Of a DNA stretch of 41,019 bases, positions 9,091 through 17,402 are shown in pieces. The position numbers and the translations under genes are program-made. The DNA comes from Xanthobacteraceae bacterium (GTDB lineage Bacteria > Pseudomonadota > Alphaproteobacteria > Rhizobiales > Xanthobacteraceae). How positions within the stretch are numbered: position 1 is the stretch's first letter; every line of letters starts with the position of its first letter. The notes under the pieces are model-generated. The model had not been told where the DNA came from. It made no database searches and saw nothing but the letters and a program-made list of their open reading frames with translations. The stretch lies in assembly GCA_035943155.1 (NCBI GenBank), contig DASZCJ010000050.1:1-41019 (forward strand), read 5' to 3'.

Positions 9091-9504
9091 TCATCCGGAG
9101 CGCGCGGCGTGTTTGGCCGCCTTCGCTCTCAGGCGTTCGTAGGTTTTTGCCAGATCGACAATGAAACGAGTGTGCTTGCCTTCACCTATCGGTTCGAGCT
9201 CGTCTTTGGCGACGACGTCAAAACTGACCTTGCGACCCTCTACCGCAGTGACCGTGGCAGTGATCTCGACCTCCATGCCTGGCAGCGTCGGTGCCGTATG
9301 CCGCACCATGATCTCGATCCCAACCGAATCTTCCCCGGCTTCCGCGTGGTCGACCAATGCCTCGCGGCAAGTGGATTCAATGTCGCGGCACAGTTCAGGG
9401 GTCGCATAAACTCGGCCCTGCTCTCCCATGAAGCTGGTGGTGCGGTCGCGGTCCACGACGATGCGGCGCAGCTTCGACACTCCAGGTTGCAGGCTGACTT
9501 TCAT
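9091..9504 (-). CDS. Hotdog-fold acyl-CoA thioesterase, FlK-like
   Basis: 137 aa. SVGIEIMVRHTAPTLPGMEVEITATVTAVEGRKVSFDVVAKDELEPIGEGKHTRFIV resembles, from memory, the core of fluoroacetyl-CoA thioesterase FlK and related small hotdog thioesterases. GAGAGG RBS. Confidence 0.65.
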   Translation of the reverse strand: MKVSLQPGVSKLRRIVVDRDRTTSFMGEQGRVYATPELCRDIESTCREALVDHAEAGEDSVGIEIMVRHTAPTLPGMEVEITATVTAVEGRKVSFDVVAKDELEPIGEGKHTRFIVDLAKTYERLRAKAAKHAARSG

Positions 9505-9581
9505 CGCCGCCTCTCTGAACGCAATCTATTCCATAGCCACCACGACAAATTGATTAAGGTCAATCCGGCCGAGCCTCGCCT

Positions 9582-10283
9582 TCACACGCCGAGATAAGCC
9601 TCGCGGACGCGTTTGTCGCTCTGAATGTCCGCCGCCGCTCCGCTCGCCGTGATCGTGCCTGTCTCGAGCACGTAGCCGCGGTCGGCGATGGCGAGCGCAG
9701 CGCTGGCATTCTGCTCGACCAGCAGCAAGGTCAAACCGTTGCGTTTGAGGTCCAGCACGACATTGAGGATTTGGTCGACCAGAATGGGCGCAAGCCCCAT
9801 TGAGGGTTCGTCGAGCAGAAGCAGACGCGGCTTCGCCATAAGAGCGCGGCCGATCGCCAGCAGCTGCTGCTGGCCGCCGGACAACGCACCGGCGGTGGCG
9901 TGCCGCAATTCGGCAAGCATCGGGAACAGCTCATAGACGCGGTGAATGTCGGTACCGAGGTTGTCGGTGCGCCGGATCCAGGCACCGAGCTTAAGGTTGT
10001 CTTCGACTGAAAGCGGCGCGAACACCTGTCGGCCTTCAGGAACCTGCGCGATCCCGAGTGCGATACGTGCGTGTGCTGGAATGCCCTCAATCGAGCGGCC
10101 CTCGAAGCGGATGTGGCCTGCCGAGATCGGCTGAATGCCAGAAACGGCGCGCAAGAGCGTCGTCTTGCCGGCGCCGTTTGCGCCGACCAGCGTCACGATC
10201 TCGCCGGCCGCAACCTCGATCGAGACGCCATGCAGCGCCTCGATGCGGCCGTAGCTGCTCCTGAGATTCTCAACCGACAACAC
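9582..10283 (-). CDS. ABC transporter ATP-binding protein (LivF-like)
   Basis: Walker A GANGAGKTT, signature LSGGQQQLLAIGRAL, Walker B LLLDEP. The ORF-track start at 10325 is TTG. I prefer GTG 10283 (MLSVENL), preceded by GGGAG, which gives a typical 233 aa and a 14-nt overlap with the upstream gene. Confidence 0.8.
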   Translation of the reverse strand: MLSVENLRSSYGRIEALHGVSIEVAAGEIVTLVGANGAGKTTLLRAVSGIQPISAGHIRFEGRSIEGIPAHARIALGIAQVPEGRQVFAPLSVEDNLKLGAWIRRTDNLGTDIHRVYELFPMLAELRHATAGALSGGQQQLLAIGRALMAKPRLLLLDEPSMGLAPILVDQILNVVLDLKRNGLTLLLVEQNASAALAIADRGYVLETGTITASGAAADIQSDKRVREAYLGV

Positions 10284-11058
10284 CTGCAGGCTCCCGTGCT
10301 TTGTGAACGCCGAGATAGGCTTCAATTACTACCGGGTTCGTGCGCACCTCGGCTGCGGTGCCTTCGGCAAGTGTGCGGCCGTTGGCAAGGACATGGATGC
10401 GGTCGGAGACGTTCATGACCAGCCGCATGTCGTGCTCGACCAGCACAACCGTGATCCCGTCCCCGGCGAAGCCGCGGATGATATCTTCGATTTCTTTCGT
10501 CTCCACTGGATTGCAGCCGGCCGCTGGCTCATCGAGTAGCAGCACCTTTGGCTCACTGGCGAGCGCGCGCGCAATCTCCAGACGCTTGAAATCGCCGTAG
10601 GCCAGGCCGCCCGCCGGCCATTCAGCCTTGTCTTCGAGGCCGACGCGGGCGAGCGCTTCGGTGGCCGCTTCGCGGGTGCGTCGGTTCTGCCGTCCAACCG
10701 CTGGCAGATGCAGGAGATCGGCGACGAGTCCGGTCGCCTCGTGGCGGTGTCGACCAATCATTACGTTCGCGATCGCGGTCAGGTGCGAGAAGATTTGCGG
10801 ATTTTGGAACGTGCGTGACAGGCCGCGGCGGGCAACCTGTTCCGGGGGGAGCGCAGTCACGTCTTCACCGCAAAGCCGCACGCAGCCATCGTCAGGCGGG
10901 CAGAGCCCGGAGATCAGATTGAACAGCGTCGTCTTGCCGGCGCCGTTCGGCCCGATAATTGAAAACACGATGCCAGGTGGGACATCGAAGCTCACGCCAT
11001 CGACCGCGCGCACGCCGCCGAACGCGATCGACAGACGCTCGGCCGACAGCACGCTCAT
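10270..11058 (-). CDS. ABC transporter ATP-binding protein (LivG-like)
   Basis: 262 aa. Walker A GPNGAGKTT, signature LAYGDFKRLEIARAL, Walker B LLLDEP. ATG 11058 overlaps the permease stop (ATGA). Confidence 0.88.
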   Translation of the reverse strand: MSVLSAERLSIAFGGVRAVDGVSFDVPPGIVFSIIGPNGAGKTTLFNLISGLCPPDDGCVRLCGEDVTALPPEQVARRGLSRTFQNPQIFSHLTAIANVMIGRHRHEATGLVADLLHLPAVGRQNRRTREAATEALARVGLEDKAEWPAGGLAYGDFKRLEIARALASEPKVLLLDEPAAGCNPVETKEIEDIIRGFAGDGITVVLVEHDMRLVMNVSDRIHVLANGRTLAEGTAAEVRTNPVVIEAYLGVHKAREPAGVVG

Positions 11059-12026
11059 GTACGCCTTCCGCCGAGTGCTGCCGCCAGACTTGGCACGATC
11101 CCCCCGCGCAGGAAAATCATGACGCTCATCACGATCAGCCCCAGCACCATGTGTTCGTAGTCCTGGAAGAAGCTCAAAGCTTGCGGCAGGATCACCAGCA
11201 CTGCCGATCCGACGAGCGAACCGGTGACCGATCCCATGCCGCCCAGTACCACCATGGCGACAAGTTCGATCGAGCGGAGGAATCCAGATACATCCGGTGT
11301 GATGTAACCGTTGATCAGCGCGAGATACGAGCCGGCGACTGAGGCGTAAACCGCCGAGACGACGAAGATCATAAGCTTCTTTTGCGCCACATCGACGCCG
11401 AGCATGCGGGCGGCGATCTCGCTGTCGTGGATTGCGCGCAGCGCGCGTCCCGTCGGACTGTCAATCAGGTTGAGGGCGAGCGCGGCGCCGACGATAAAAC
11501 TGATTGCTAATATCCAGTACCAGGTGTCGGTGCCGCGCAGCGGCCAATTGAGCAGTGTAAACCGCGGCACCGTCATGCCGTCCGGGCCACCGGTCCAGTT
11601 CGCTTCGTTGGCGAAGACAATGGCGAGCAGCACGCCGAAGCCGAGGGTGGCGACCGCCAGATAATGTCCCTTAAGGCGCAAAATCGGTCGGCCGACGACG
11701 AAGGCCACCAGCGCCGATAGTATTGCTCCGAGGACGAAAGCGAATAATGGCGGAAACCCGAGGTAGGTCGGTCCGATTGAGACCGCGTAGGCACCAATAC
11801 CCATAAAGCCGGCATGGCCGAGGCTGACCTGACCGGCAAAGCCCATCAGCAGGTTGAGGCCGAGGCTGGCGATCGCGAAAATAAGGACCAGAGCCGCGAC
11901 GCGATAGTAATAGGCGGACGGAAATAGCAGCGGCAGAACTAATATGATCGCCGCGAGCGGGACCAGGGAAATCAATCGGTGTCGCCGCAGCCGCCGAAAT
12001 CGATCGAGTAGGGAGAACACGCTCAC
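11055..12026 (-). CDS. HAAT-family ABC permease (LivM-like)
   Basis: 323 aa polytopic membrane protein. GTG start overlaps the upstream stop (GTGA). Typical LivM-like segments: GQVSLGHAGFMGIGAY, GPDGM. Confidence 0.85.
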   Translation of the reverse strand: MSVFSLLDRFRRLRRHRLISLVPLAAIILVLPLLFPSAYYYRVAALVLIFAIASLGLNLLMGFAGQVSLGHAGFMGIGAYAVSIGPTYLGFPPLFAFVLGAILSALVAFVVGRPILRLKGHYLAVATLGFGVLLAIVFANEANWTGGPDGMTVPRFTLLNWPLRGTDTWYWILAISFIVGAALALNLIDSPTGRALRAIHDSEIAARMLGVDVAQKKLMIFVVSAVYASVAGSYLALINGYITPDVSGFLRSIELVAMVVLGGMGSVTGSLVGSAVLVILPQALSFFQDYEHMVLGLIVMSVMIFLRGGIVPSLAAALGGRRT

Positions 12027-12895
12027 ACCCGCTCGACCTTCGCCTTGCCGAAGAGGCCCTGCGGCATGGCGAACAGCACGGCCAGGATGACGAGAAATGC
12101 CACGGCGTCCTTATAGCTCGCGGACACGTAGCCCGCCGCGAATGCTTCGAACAGGCCGAGCAGTATGCCGCCGACCACGGCCCCTATGGCGCTGCCGATG
12201 CCGCCGAGCATGACGGCGGCGAAGCCTTTCAACGCCAGCAGCGTGCCAGCATTGTAGCTGGTGAGCGTAATCGGCGTGACCAGAATGCCCGCAATCGCGC
12301 CGATGGCCGCCGACAGCGCGAAACAGGCACCGACGATGATACGCGTGTCAATTCCCACAAGTCGCGCGGCCATGCGGTTGGCGGAGGTCGCGATCACTGC
12401 CTTGCCGAACAGCGTTCGGTCGATGAAGGCCCACAGCAACACCACAATGATCAACGCACCGGCGAGCACAACGAGGCTCTGGGGGAGAATGGTGGCACCG
12501 CCAACGCGGATCGGATCACTGCCGAATAGTGGCGGCAGGCTGTGAAAGCGCTTGTCGAACACAACTTCCGCAGCCCCACGGATGAAAATCGAGGCGCCGA
12601 TCGTAATGATGATGAGTGTCACCGCGTTTGCTTCGCGCGCGGTCTCGATAGCGAAACAGTAAAGAGCCAGGCCGACGGCAGTGGTGACGAGAACAGCAAC
12701 GATTGCGGCGAGCGGCAGTGGCACGCCGGCGTAACCGAGGAAGACCGTGGTCAGTCCCCCCAGCATGACGAACTCGCCCTGGGCGAAGTTCACCACATCG
12801 GAGGCGTTATAGATAAGCGTGAAACCGATCGCGACGAGAGCATAGATAGCGCCCACGGTGAGTCCGGAAAAGACGAATTGCAGGAACTCCGTCAT
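12023..12895 (-). CDS. HAAT-family ABC permease (LivH-like)
   Basis: 290 aa. FVFSGLTVGAIYALVAIGFTLIYNASDVVNFAQGEFVMLG is the classic LivH N-terminus. Confidence 0.88.
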   Translation of the reverse strand: MTEFLQFVFSGLTVGAIYALVAIGFTLIYNASDVVNFAQGEFVMLGGLTTVFLGYAGVPLPLAAIVAVLVTTAVGLALYCFAIETAREANAVTLIIITIGASIFIRGAAEVVFDKRFHSLPPLFGSDPIRVGGATILPQSLVVLAGALIIVVLLWAFIDRTLFGKAVIATSANRMAARLVGIDTRIIVGACFALSAAIGAIAGILVTPITLTSYNAGTLLALKGFAAVMLGGIGSAIGAVVGGILLGLFEAFAAGYVSASYKDAVAFLVILAVLFAMPQGLFGKAKVERV

Positions 12896-12939
12896 CGAAG
12901 CAGGCGCCTATCGCCGGAGGTCGAACGACACGAGATGGG

Positions 12940-12970
12940 GTGAGCCATCCCGCACGCGGGGACAGCTCAC
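12940..12970 (-). promoter_or_regulatory. GC-rich intercistronic stem-loop between the binding-protein and permease genes
   Basis: GTGAGC (12940-12945) pairs with GCTCAC (12965-12970); inner CCCG/CGGG pairing. Lies in the 83-nt gap after the binding-protein stop. Such hairpins commonly set the binding-protein:permease stoichiometry. Confidence 0.35.
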
Positions 12971-12978
12971 GAGCCGTC

Positions 12979-14139
12979 CTACGAGCTTGAATCGGGAACC
13001 AGCGTCCAATCACCGTTCTTGATTTCGAGCATCCGGAACGCAGACAAGTCGAGGCCCAAGTGATCGGTTGGCGACATGTTGACAATGCCGCCGGTGCCGA
13101 CATAGCCCCTAGTCTTTTCGATCTCGTCACGCACTTTGGCCTTGTCGAAGCCGCCGGCGCGGTTGGCCGCTTCAACCAGAATCATCAGCCCATCGTAGGC
13201 GTGGCCGCCAAAAGTGGAGACCGACTGCGCGGTCTTGGCTTCAAAAGTCTTTTGGTAGCTGACGACGATTGGTTTTTGCGTGTCGCTGTCCGGCAGTTTG
13301 TCGGCGACGAGCAGGGCCGCGGCCGGCAGACGGACACCATCCGCGGCGGGGCCCGCGAGGTTGATGAACTGCTTCGAAGCGACGCCGTGGCTTTGGTAGA
13401 GCGGGTACTCGATGCCGAGCTGCCGGTAGTTGCGCGTCACGATGGCCGGACCTTGGCCGAAGCCTGTATTGATGACCGCTTGCACGCCGGCCTTGGCCTT
13501 GATCTTTGTAAGCTGCGGAGTCATGTCGCTGTCACCCGGGCCGTAGCTTTCCTCGTAGGCAATGGTCATGCCGGCTTGCGGCGCCACGGAGATGCATTGA
13601 TCGCGCATCGACTTGCCGAAGGCGTCGGTGCCGGAAATTAATGCCACCGTCGTCAGGTTGCGCCGCTTGAGATTGACGAAAATCTTTTGGCAAGCCATCC
13701 GGTCGGTGTGCGGGGTCTTGAATACCCACTTGCGCACCGGCTCGACGATCTGGACGGCGCCCGCAAGTGAGATAAACGGAATCTGTGCGTCCTCGAAGAC
13801 CGGGATCATCGCCAATGTCGTGCCGGTAGTCGTACCGCCGACCATGGCGACGACCTTGTCCTCCTCGACGAGACGGGTAGCGAAGGTGCGTGCGGCATTG
13901 GCGTCGCCGCCGTCATCGTAGACGACGAGCTGCAGTTTCTGGCCGTTGATCCCACCCTTGGCGTTGATGTCCTGGATGTAAATGTCGAGTGTTTTCTTCT
14001 CTGGATCGCCCAGGAACGACGCCGGCCCGCTGACAGAGAGGACTGCGCCCACCTTCAGCTGTGCCGAAGCCGGACTGGCCACCAGCGCCGTGGCGAGGCC
14101 AAAGCCGACTGCAGCGGCGAGCATGAAATTTCCCTTCAT
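12979..14139 (-). CDS. Periplasmic substrate-binding protein, LivK/type-1 PBP family (likely aromatic-acid binding)
   Basis: 386 aa. Sec signal MKGNFMLAAAVGFGLATALVASPASA/QL, AAGGAGG RBS, LivK-like core (GPASFLG, VVAMVGGTTTG). The ligand assignment is contextual only. Confidence 0.85.
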   Translation of the reverse strand: MKGNFMLAAAVGFGLATALVASPASAQLKVGAVLSVSGPASFLGDPEKKTLDIYIQDINAKGGINGQKLQLVVYDDGGDANAARTFATRLVEEDKVVAMVGGTTTGTTLAMIPVFEDAQIPFISLAGAVQIVEPVRKWVFKTPHTDRMACQKIFVNLKRRNLTTVALISGTDAFGKSMRDQCISVAPQAGMTIAYEESYGPGDSDMTPQLTKIKAKAGVQAVINTGFGQGPAIVTRNYRQLGIEYPLYQSHGVASKQFINLAGPAADGVRLPAAALLVADKLPDSDTQKPIVVSYQKTFEAKTAQSVSTFGGHAYDGLMILVEAANRAGGFDKAKVRDEIEKTRGYVGTGGIVNMSPTDHLGLDLSAFRMLEIKNGDWTLVPDSSS

Positions 14140-14274
14140 CGAGCCCTCCTTGGTGGTTCGAGTCTTGGCAAAATCCTGTTATTTTCTGCGCGACGAAATC
14201 GACACCAGCTTCGGCATCTGCGACGCCGCCGCCAAAACTCTTATCATAATTACGCCAGTCTGACTGCTGTCGCT

Positions 14275-14288
14275 TTGCGTTAGATCAA
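14275..14288. promoter_or_regulatory. Weak FNR-like box TTGCGTTAGATCAA (2 mismatches)
   Basis: About 142 nt upstream of the binding-protein start (14139). A second weak site, TTGACTTAAAGCAA, is at 14351-14364. Confidence 0.25.
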
Positions 14289-14474
14289 AGCCGACCTGCG
14301 GCGTTGGATGGCCAGTGGCGTGCGAGGCTAATGAGGCCCGCGTATAGGCTTTGACTTAAAGCAAGGCGGCAGCCGCTAGACTGACCTAAGTGGGTAAGAA
14401 AATCGGATGCGTCAACGGCAGGTGCCGGAGGCGCCATCTCATCGAAGGCGTAGGCATTCCCGAACGAGGCAAAG

Positions 14475-14488
14475 TTGACTTCGATCAA
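14475..14488. promoter_or_regulatory. FNR/FixK-type box TTGACTTCGATCAA (1 mismatch) upstream of the UbiD-family gene
   Basis: Centre 85 nt upstream of ATG 14567. A class II geometry would put the transcription start near 14523, giving a 44-nt leader. Confidence 0.5.
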
Positions 14489-14566
14489 TGCGCGGGGGTC
14501 GCCCGTCCAAATAGGTTGTTCGTCTACGACCAATGTGAACGCGCAGCGGAATCGGAGGAGCACGGG

Positions 14567-16078
14567 ATGCGGCTCGATCGTCCAAAGTCCGAATTCACGC
14601 CTGGAGAAACGCGGGCTATCGACGATACGTCAAACATGCGCGCAAAGGACATGCGGACATGGATCGCCGATCTGGACGCCGCCGGCGAACTTATCCGCAT
14701 CGACAAGCCGGTCGATCCCCTGACCGAGATGGGCTCGTTGCTCTACCAGTCCCGCGAAAAAGCGCTGCTATTCGAAAAGCTGCCGCACGGCTGGCGCTCA
14801 TTGGGTCAGGCTCCGGCCAATGTACGCCATGCGGCTCTTGCCTTTGGCACAAGCGAGGAAACACTCGTGCCATTCGTGGCCGACCGTATGGGCCGTTGCA
14901 TCTCCCCGATCAGGGTGAACGATGGGCCGGTCAAGGAGGTGAAGCTCGGGCGCGACCAGTTCAACCTGACCGAACTGCCGGTTCACGTGGCCGGTCTGCG
15001 GGACGGAGGGCCAGTGATCGGTTCCGGGTTAGTCGTAAGCAGAGATCCCGACAGTGGCCAACGAAACGTCAGCTTCCATCGCCTTCAGATCAAGGGCGCG
15101 CACAAGTCTGGCATTCTCCTCTACCCGCGGCACACGTGGAAAAACTACCTGAAATACCAAGAGCGAAATGAGCCTATGCCGGTGGCGATCTTCATCGGGC
15201 ATCACCCGCTCTTTTACGCTGCCGCCGCCACGACCGCTGCCTATGGTCTTGATGAGTTCGAGATTGCTGGCGGATATCTGGGCGAGCCGACACGCCTCGT
15301 GAAATGCGAGACGGTCGACCTTGAAGTGCCTGCAGACGCGGAGATCGTGCTCGAAGGACACATTCCGCCCCACTATCGCGAGGACGAAGGACCGTTCTCG
15401 GAGTTTCAGGACTATTACGTCACCGGGACTGGCAAGAATCCGATTGTCGAATATCAATTCATGACACGTCGGCATGACGCGATTTTCAAGAACCTCCAGA
15501 ACGGATCCGAGATGGAGGGCTGCGTCTTTCACAAGATTCCAATGAGCGCAGCGATCTTTCGCCGGCTCAAGAATGTCGGCGGCGGGCCGGATATTCACAA
15601 CGTCATGGCGCTGCCCGGCATATTCGGCTTGGTGGTGCAAATGACGCCGCGGGCCTACGGTGAGGCCAAGAACGTGCTGATGGCGGCGCTGGCATCCGAA
15701 TACCAACATCCAAAAATCGTGATCGCTGTCGATGCCGACGTCGACATTTTCAATCTATCCGAACTATTTTGGGCACTGTCTACGCGTGTGAACCCGCAAG
15801 AGGACGTGGTCATCATCCCCGGCACCCATAACCACGCGATGGACGCGAGCCTTCCAGAGCTCGGAGCCCCGGGCACCGCGTTATGGCAGCGCTTCGGCTC
15901 CAAGATGCTGATCGACGCGACGATTCCACCACCCGCCGACGCCTCCGCGCGCGCGATGTTCGAGCGGATTTGTCCGCGCAATCCGCAACTCCGTCTCGAA
16001 GATTTCGCAGCACAAGACTCACTCGCGCTGGTTCGATCACTCTCGTCACGCTACTTTGGTTCCAAGCTGCTGCAGTAG
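14567..16078 (+). CDS. UbiD-family (prenyl-FMN dependent) aromatic acid (de)carboxylase
   Basis: ORF 14390..16078 begins at a GTG that lies upstream of the predicted promoter box. ATG 14567 has a GGAGGAG RBS; ATG 14636 and 14651 are alternatives. UbiD hallmarks: MRTWIADLDAAGELIRIDKPVDP, RNVSFHRLQI, EGPFSEFQDYY. 503 aa. Confidence 0.8.
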   Translation: MRLDRPKSEFTPGETRAIDDTSNMRAKDMRTWIADLDAAGELIRIDKPVDPLTEMGSLLYQSREKALLFEKLPHGWRSLGQAPANVRHAALAFGTSEETLVPFVADRMGRCISPIRVNDGPVKEVKLGRDQFNLTELPVHVAGLRDGGPVIGSGLVVSRDPDSGQRNVSFHRLQIKGAHKSGILLYPRHTWKNYLKYQERNEPMPVAIFIGHHPLFYAAAATTAAYGLDEFEIAGGYLGEPTRLVKCETVDLEVPADAEIVLEGHIPPHYREDEGPFSEFQDYYVTGTGKNPIVEYQFMTRRHDAIFKNLQNGSEMEGCVFHKIPMSAAIFRRLKNVGGGPDIHNVMALPGIFGLVVQMTPRAYGEAKNVLMAALASEYQHPKIVIAVDADVDIFNLSELFWALSTRVNPQEDVVIIPGTHNHAMDASLPELGAPGTALWQRFGSKMLIDATIPPPADASARAMFERICPRNPQLRLEDFAAQDSLALVRSLSSRYFGSKLLQ

Positions 16079-16100
16079 CTGCGGCTCGACGGTAAATCGA

Positions 16101-16589
16101 TTAAATCATCGCCTTTGTCGAGTTTTCTCCAAGTTCGAGTATGTCCTTGTGACCGAAACCGCGGCTGTTATCAATCAGCACCAGCCGCGTCGGCTCGAGC
16201 CGGTAGTACTCCACCCGTTGGTAAGCCTCCTCCAAGGCGGGCCGGCTTTCGGACATTTGCTTCAGGTACGGATAGCGCGCATGGAGAATCAGTCTCGCAT
16301 TCGCGCGCTCAGATGCATCGGTGATTACGCGCGCCCGCCCTGAAATCTGCACGCCTCGAATATCGTCATAATCGAAATAATCGGGCGCGACTGTCGCCGC
16401 GATACGCGCATTGGCCTCAAGTTCAGTGGAATGCCGGCTCTTTGGATCGGAAACCCACAGCAACGCGAGGCCATCGCGAACATAGAATACACTAGCCGCA
16501 TGCGGCCCTTCGGCCCCGCACGTCGCCAGCGACATGACATGATTTGCATCAAGGAAAGTGGCGATCCGAATGGCGGTCTCAGCGCTCAT
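16101..16589 (-). CDS. Pyridoxamine 5'-phosphate oxidase-like FMN-binding split-barrel protein
   Basis: 162 aa. FLDANHVMSLATCGAEGPHAASVFYVRDGLALLWVSDPKSRHSTEL and RGVQISGRA are typical of the YhbP/PNPOx-like family. Confidence 0.6.
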   Translation of the reverse strand: MSAETAIRIATFLDANHVMSLATCGAEGPHAASVFYVRDGLALLWVSDPKSRHSTELEANARIAATVAPDYFDYDDIRGVQISGRARVITDASERANARLILHARYPYLKQMSESRPALEEAYQRVEYYRLEPTRLVLIDNSRGFGHKDILELGENSTKAMI

Positions 16590-16647
16590 GTTCTTGGCGC
16601 TCCCATTAACGACTTGAATTCAAAGCAGGACGGACCGCGACCGCGCC

Positions 16648-16661
16648 TTGATCCTGGTCAA
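16648..16661. promoter_or_regulatory. FNR/FixK-type box TTGATCCTGGTCAA (1 mismatch)
   Basis: Centre 65.5 nt upstream of ATG 16589 (PNPOx-like gene). Confidence 0.5.
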
Positions 16662-16730
16662 ATCCAGCGGTGGAGCAATGCCTCGATCAAATCCCAATAA
16701 ATGCCGCCCGGAATGGTTGGCACAGACTCA

Positions 16731-16744
16731 TTGATAATGATCAA
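16731..16744. promoter_or_regulatory. Perfect FNR/FixK-type palindrome TTGATAATGATCAA
   Basis: Exact TTGAT-N4-ATCAA, 83 bp (centre to centre) from the 16648 box. Lies between the ferritin-like gene stop (16872) and the PNPOx-like gene start (16589). Confidence 0.5.
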
Positions 16745-16871
16745 TGCCAGCACGGCACTCCTTTCATTTTTTCATGCGAGCGGCAATTCGAACTCTGCTG
16801 AGAAAGTGCGACTATCCATGATAACGTTTCGTCCGCTCCGTCAGACGAGGAATCCCATGTCCAGTGCTAAT

Positions 16872-17402
16872 TCAACCCTGTGGCCTTGGCGGATCGTCGT
16901 CGTCTGCCCAGGAATCCGCCGGCTTCGGATATTTCCGCAGGAGCCGGTGTACGAGGTTGACGTGCTCCGCCTCCTCCTCGACAAATTCGGCCGCCATGTC
17001 CTTGATTTTTGCATCTTTTGCCGAATCCAGGATGGAGGTGAAAAAGGCGAGCGCCTGTTTCTCGCCGGTGAGGGCGAGTTGCAGGGCATGCCACGGCGTC
17101 ATCAGATAATGCGCAGCGCCAAGATCGGCCTGCTCCGGGCTGTCGCCTTTTTTCCATCGCCCGAGCCGCTGTGCTTGCGCTACTAGGTCGACATCGCCTG
17201 CGATTTTCTGGATTTCTTCGGCATGAATTCCTTCGGCTCGGGCAAGATCCCGAAACACGTTGACCAGCTCGCGATTGTTATGCGTTTTCATCTGCTCGGC
17301 GAGCTCGGTGTAGCGCTGCACGGCGTCAGCTTCGATCTGGTGCGCAAGGGCGAGCAGGTCGGCGATGCTGGTGATCGGGTGTTCGGAAGGCGTCTTGCTC
17401 AA
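16872..17402 (-). CDS. Ferritin-like / rubrerythrin-domain di-iron protein
   Basis: ORF 16872..17588 overlaps korB out of frame. There is no in-frame ATG after the korB stop. TTG 17402 overlaps the korB TGA (TTGA), giving 176 aa. Ferritin-like helices carry E/H ligand patterns: EADAVQRYTELAEQM, EGIHAEEI, ALTGEKQALAFF, FVEEEAEHVNL. Confidence 0.55.
   Translation of the reverse strand: MSKTPSEHPITSIADLLALAHQIEADAVQRYTELAEQMKTHNNRELVNVFRDLARAEGIHAEEIQKIAGDVDLVAQAQRLGRWKKGDSPEQADLGAAHYLMTPWHALQLALTGEKQALAFFTSILDSAKDAKIKDMAAEFVEEEAEHVNLVHRLLRKYPKPADSWADDDDPPRPQG

Noticed and set aside
6451-9597. 1048-aa plus-strand ORF, the longest in the window
   Set aside because: It is antisense to the Mo-oxidoreductase and thioesterase genes. 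Its composition is Arg/Ala/Gly/Leu-rich with no recognisable motif, typical of a stop-free shadow frame in GC-rich DNA. The opposite strand encodes proteins with clear family features.
14285-14563. 92-aa minus-strand ORF inside the binding-protein/ubiD divergent region
   Set aside because: It opens at a GTG, has no RBS and no recognisable fold, and overlaps the FNR-type box and the ubiD RBS. It is more likely non-coding promoter DNA, though a gene remnant cannot be excluded.
16701-17186. 161-aa plus-strand ORF
   Set aside because: It starts in the spacer and runs antisense through the ferritin-like gene, with no motifs. Only the possibility of an antisense transcript is kept, as a finding above.
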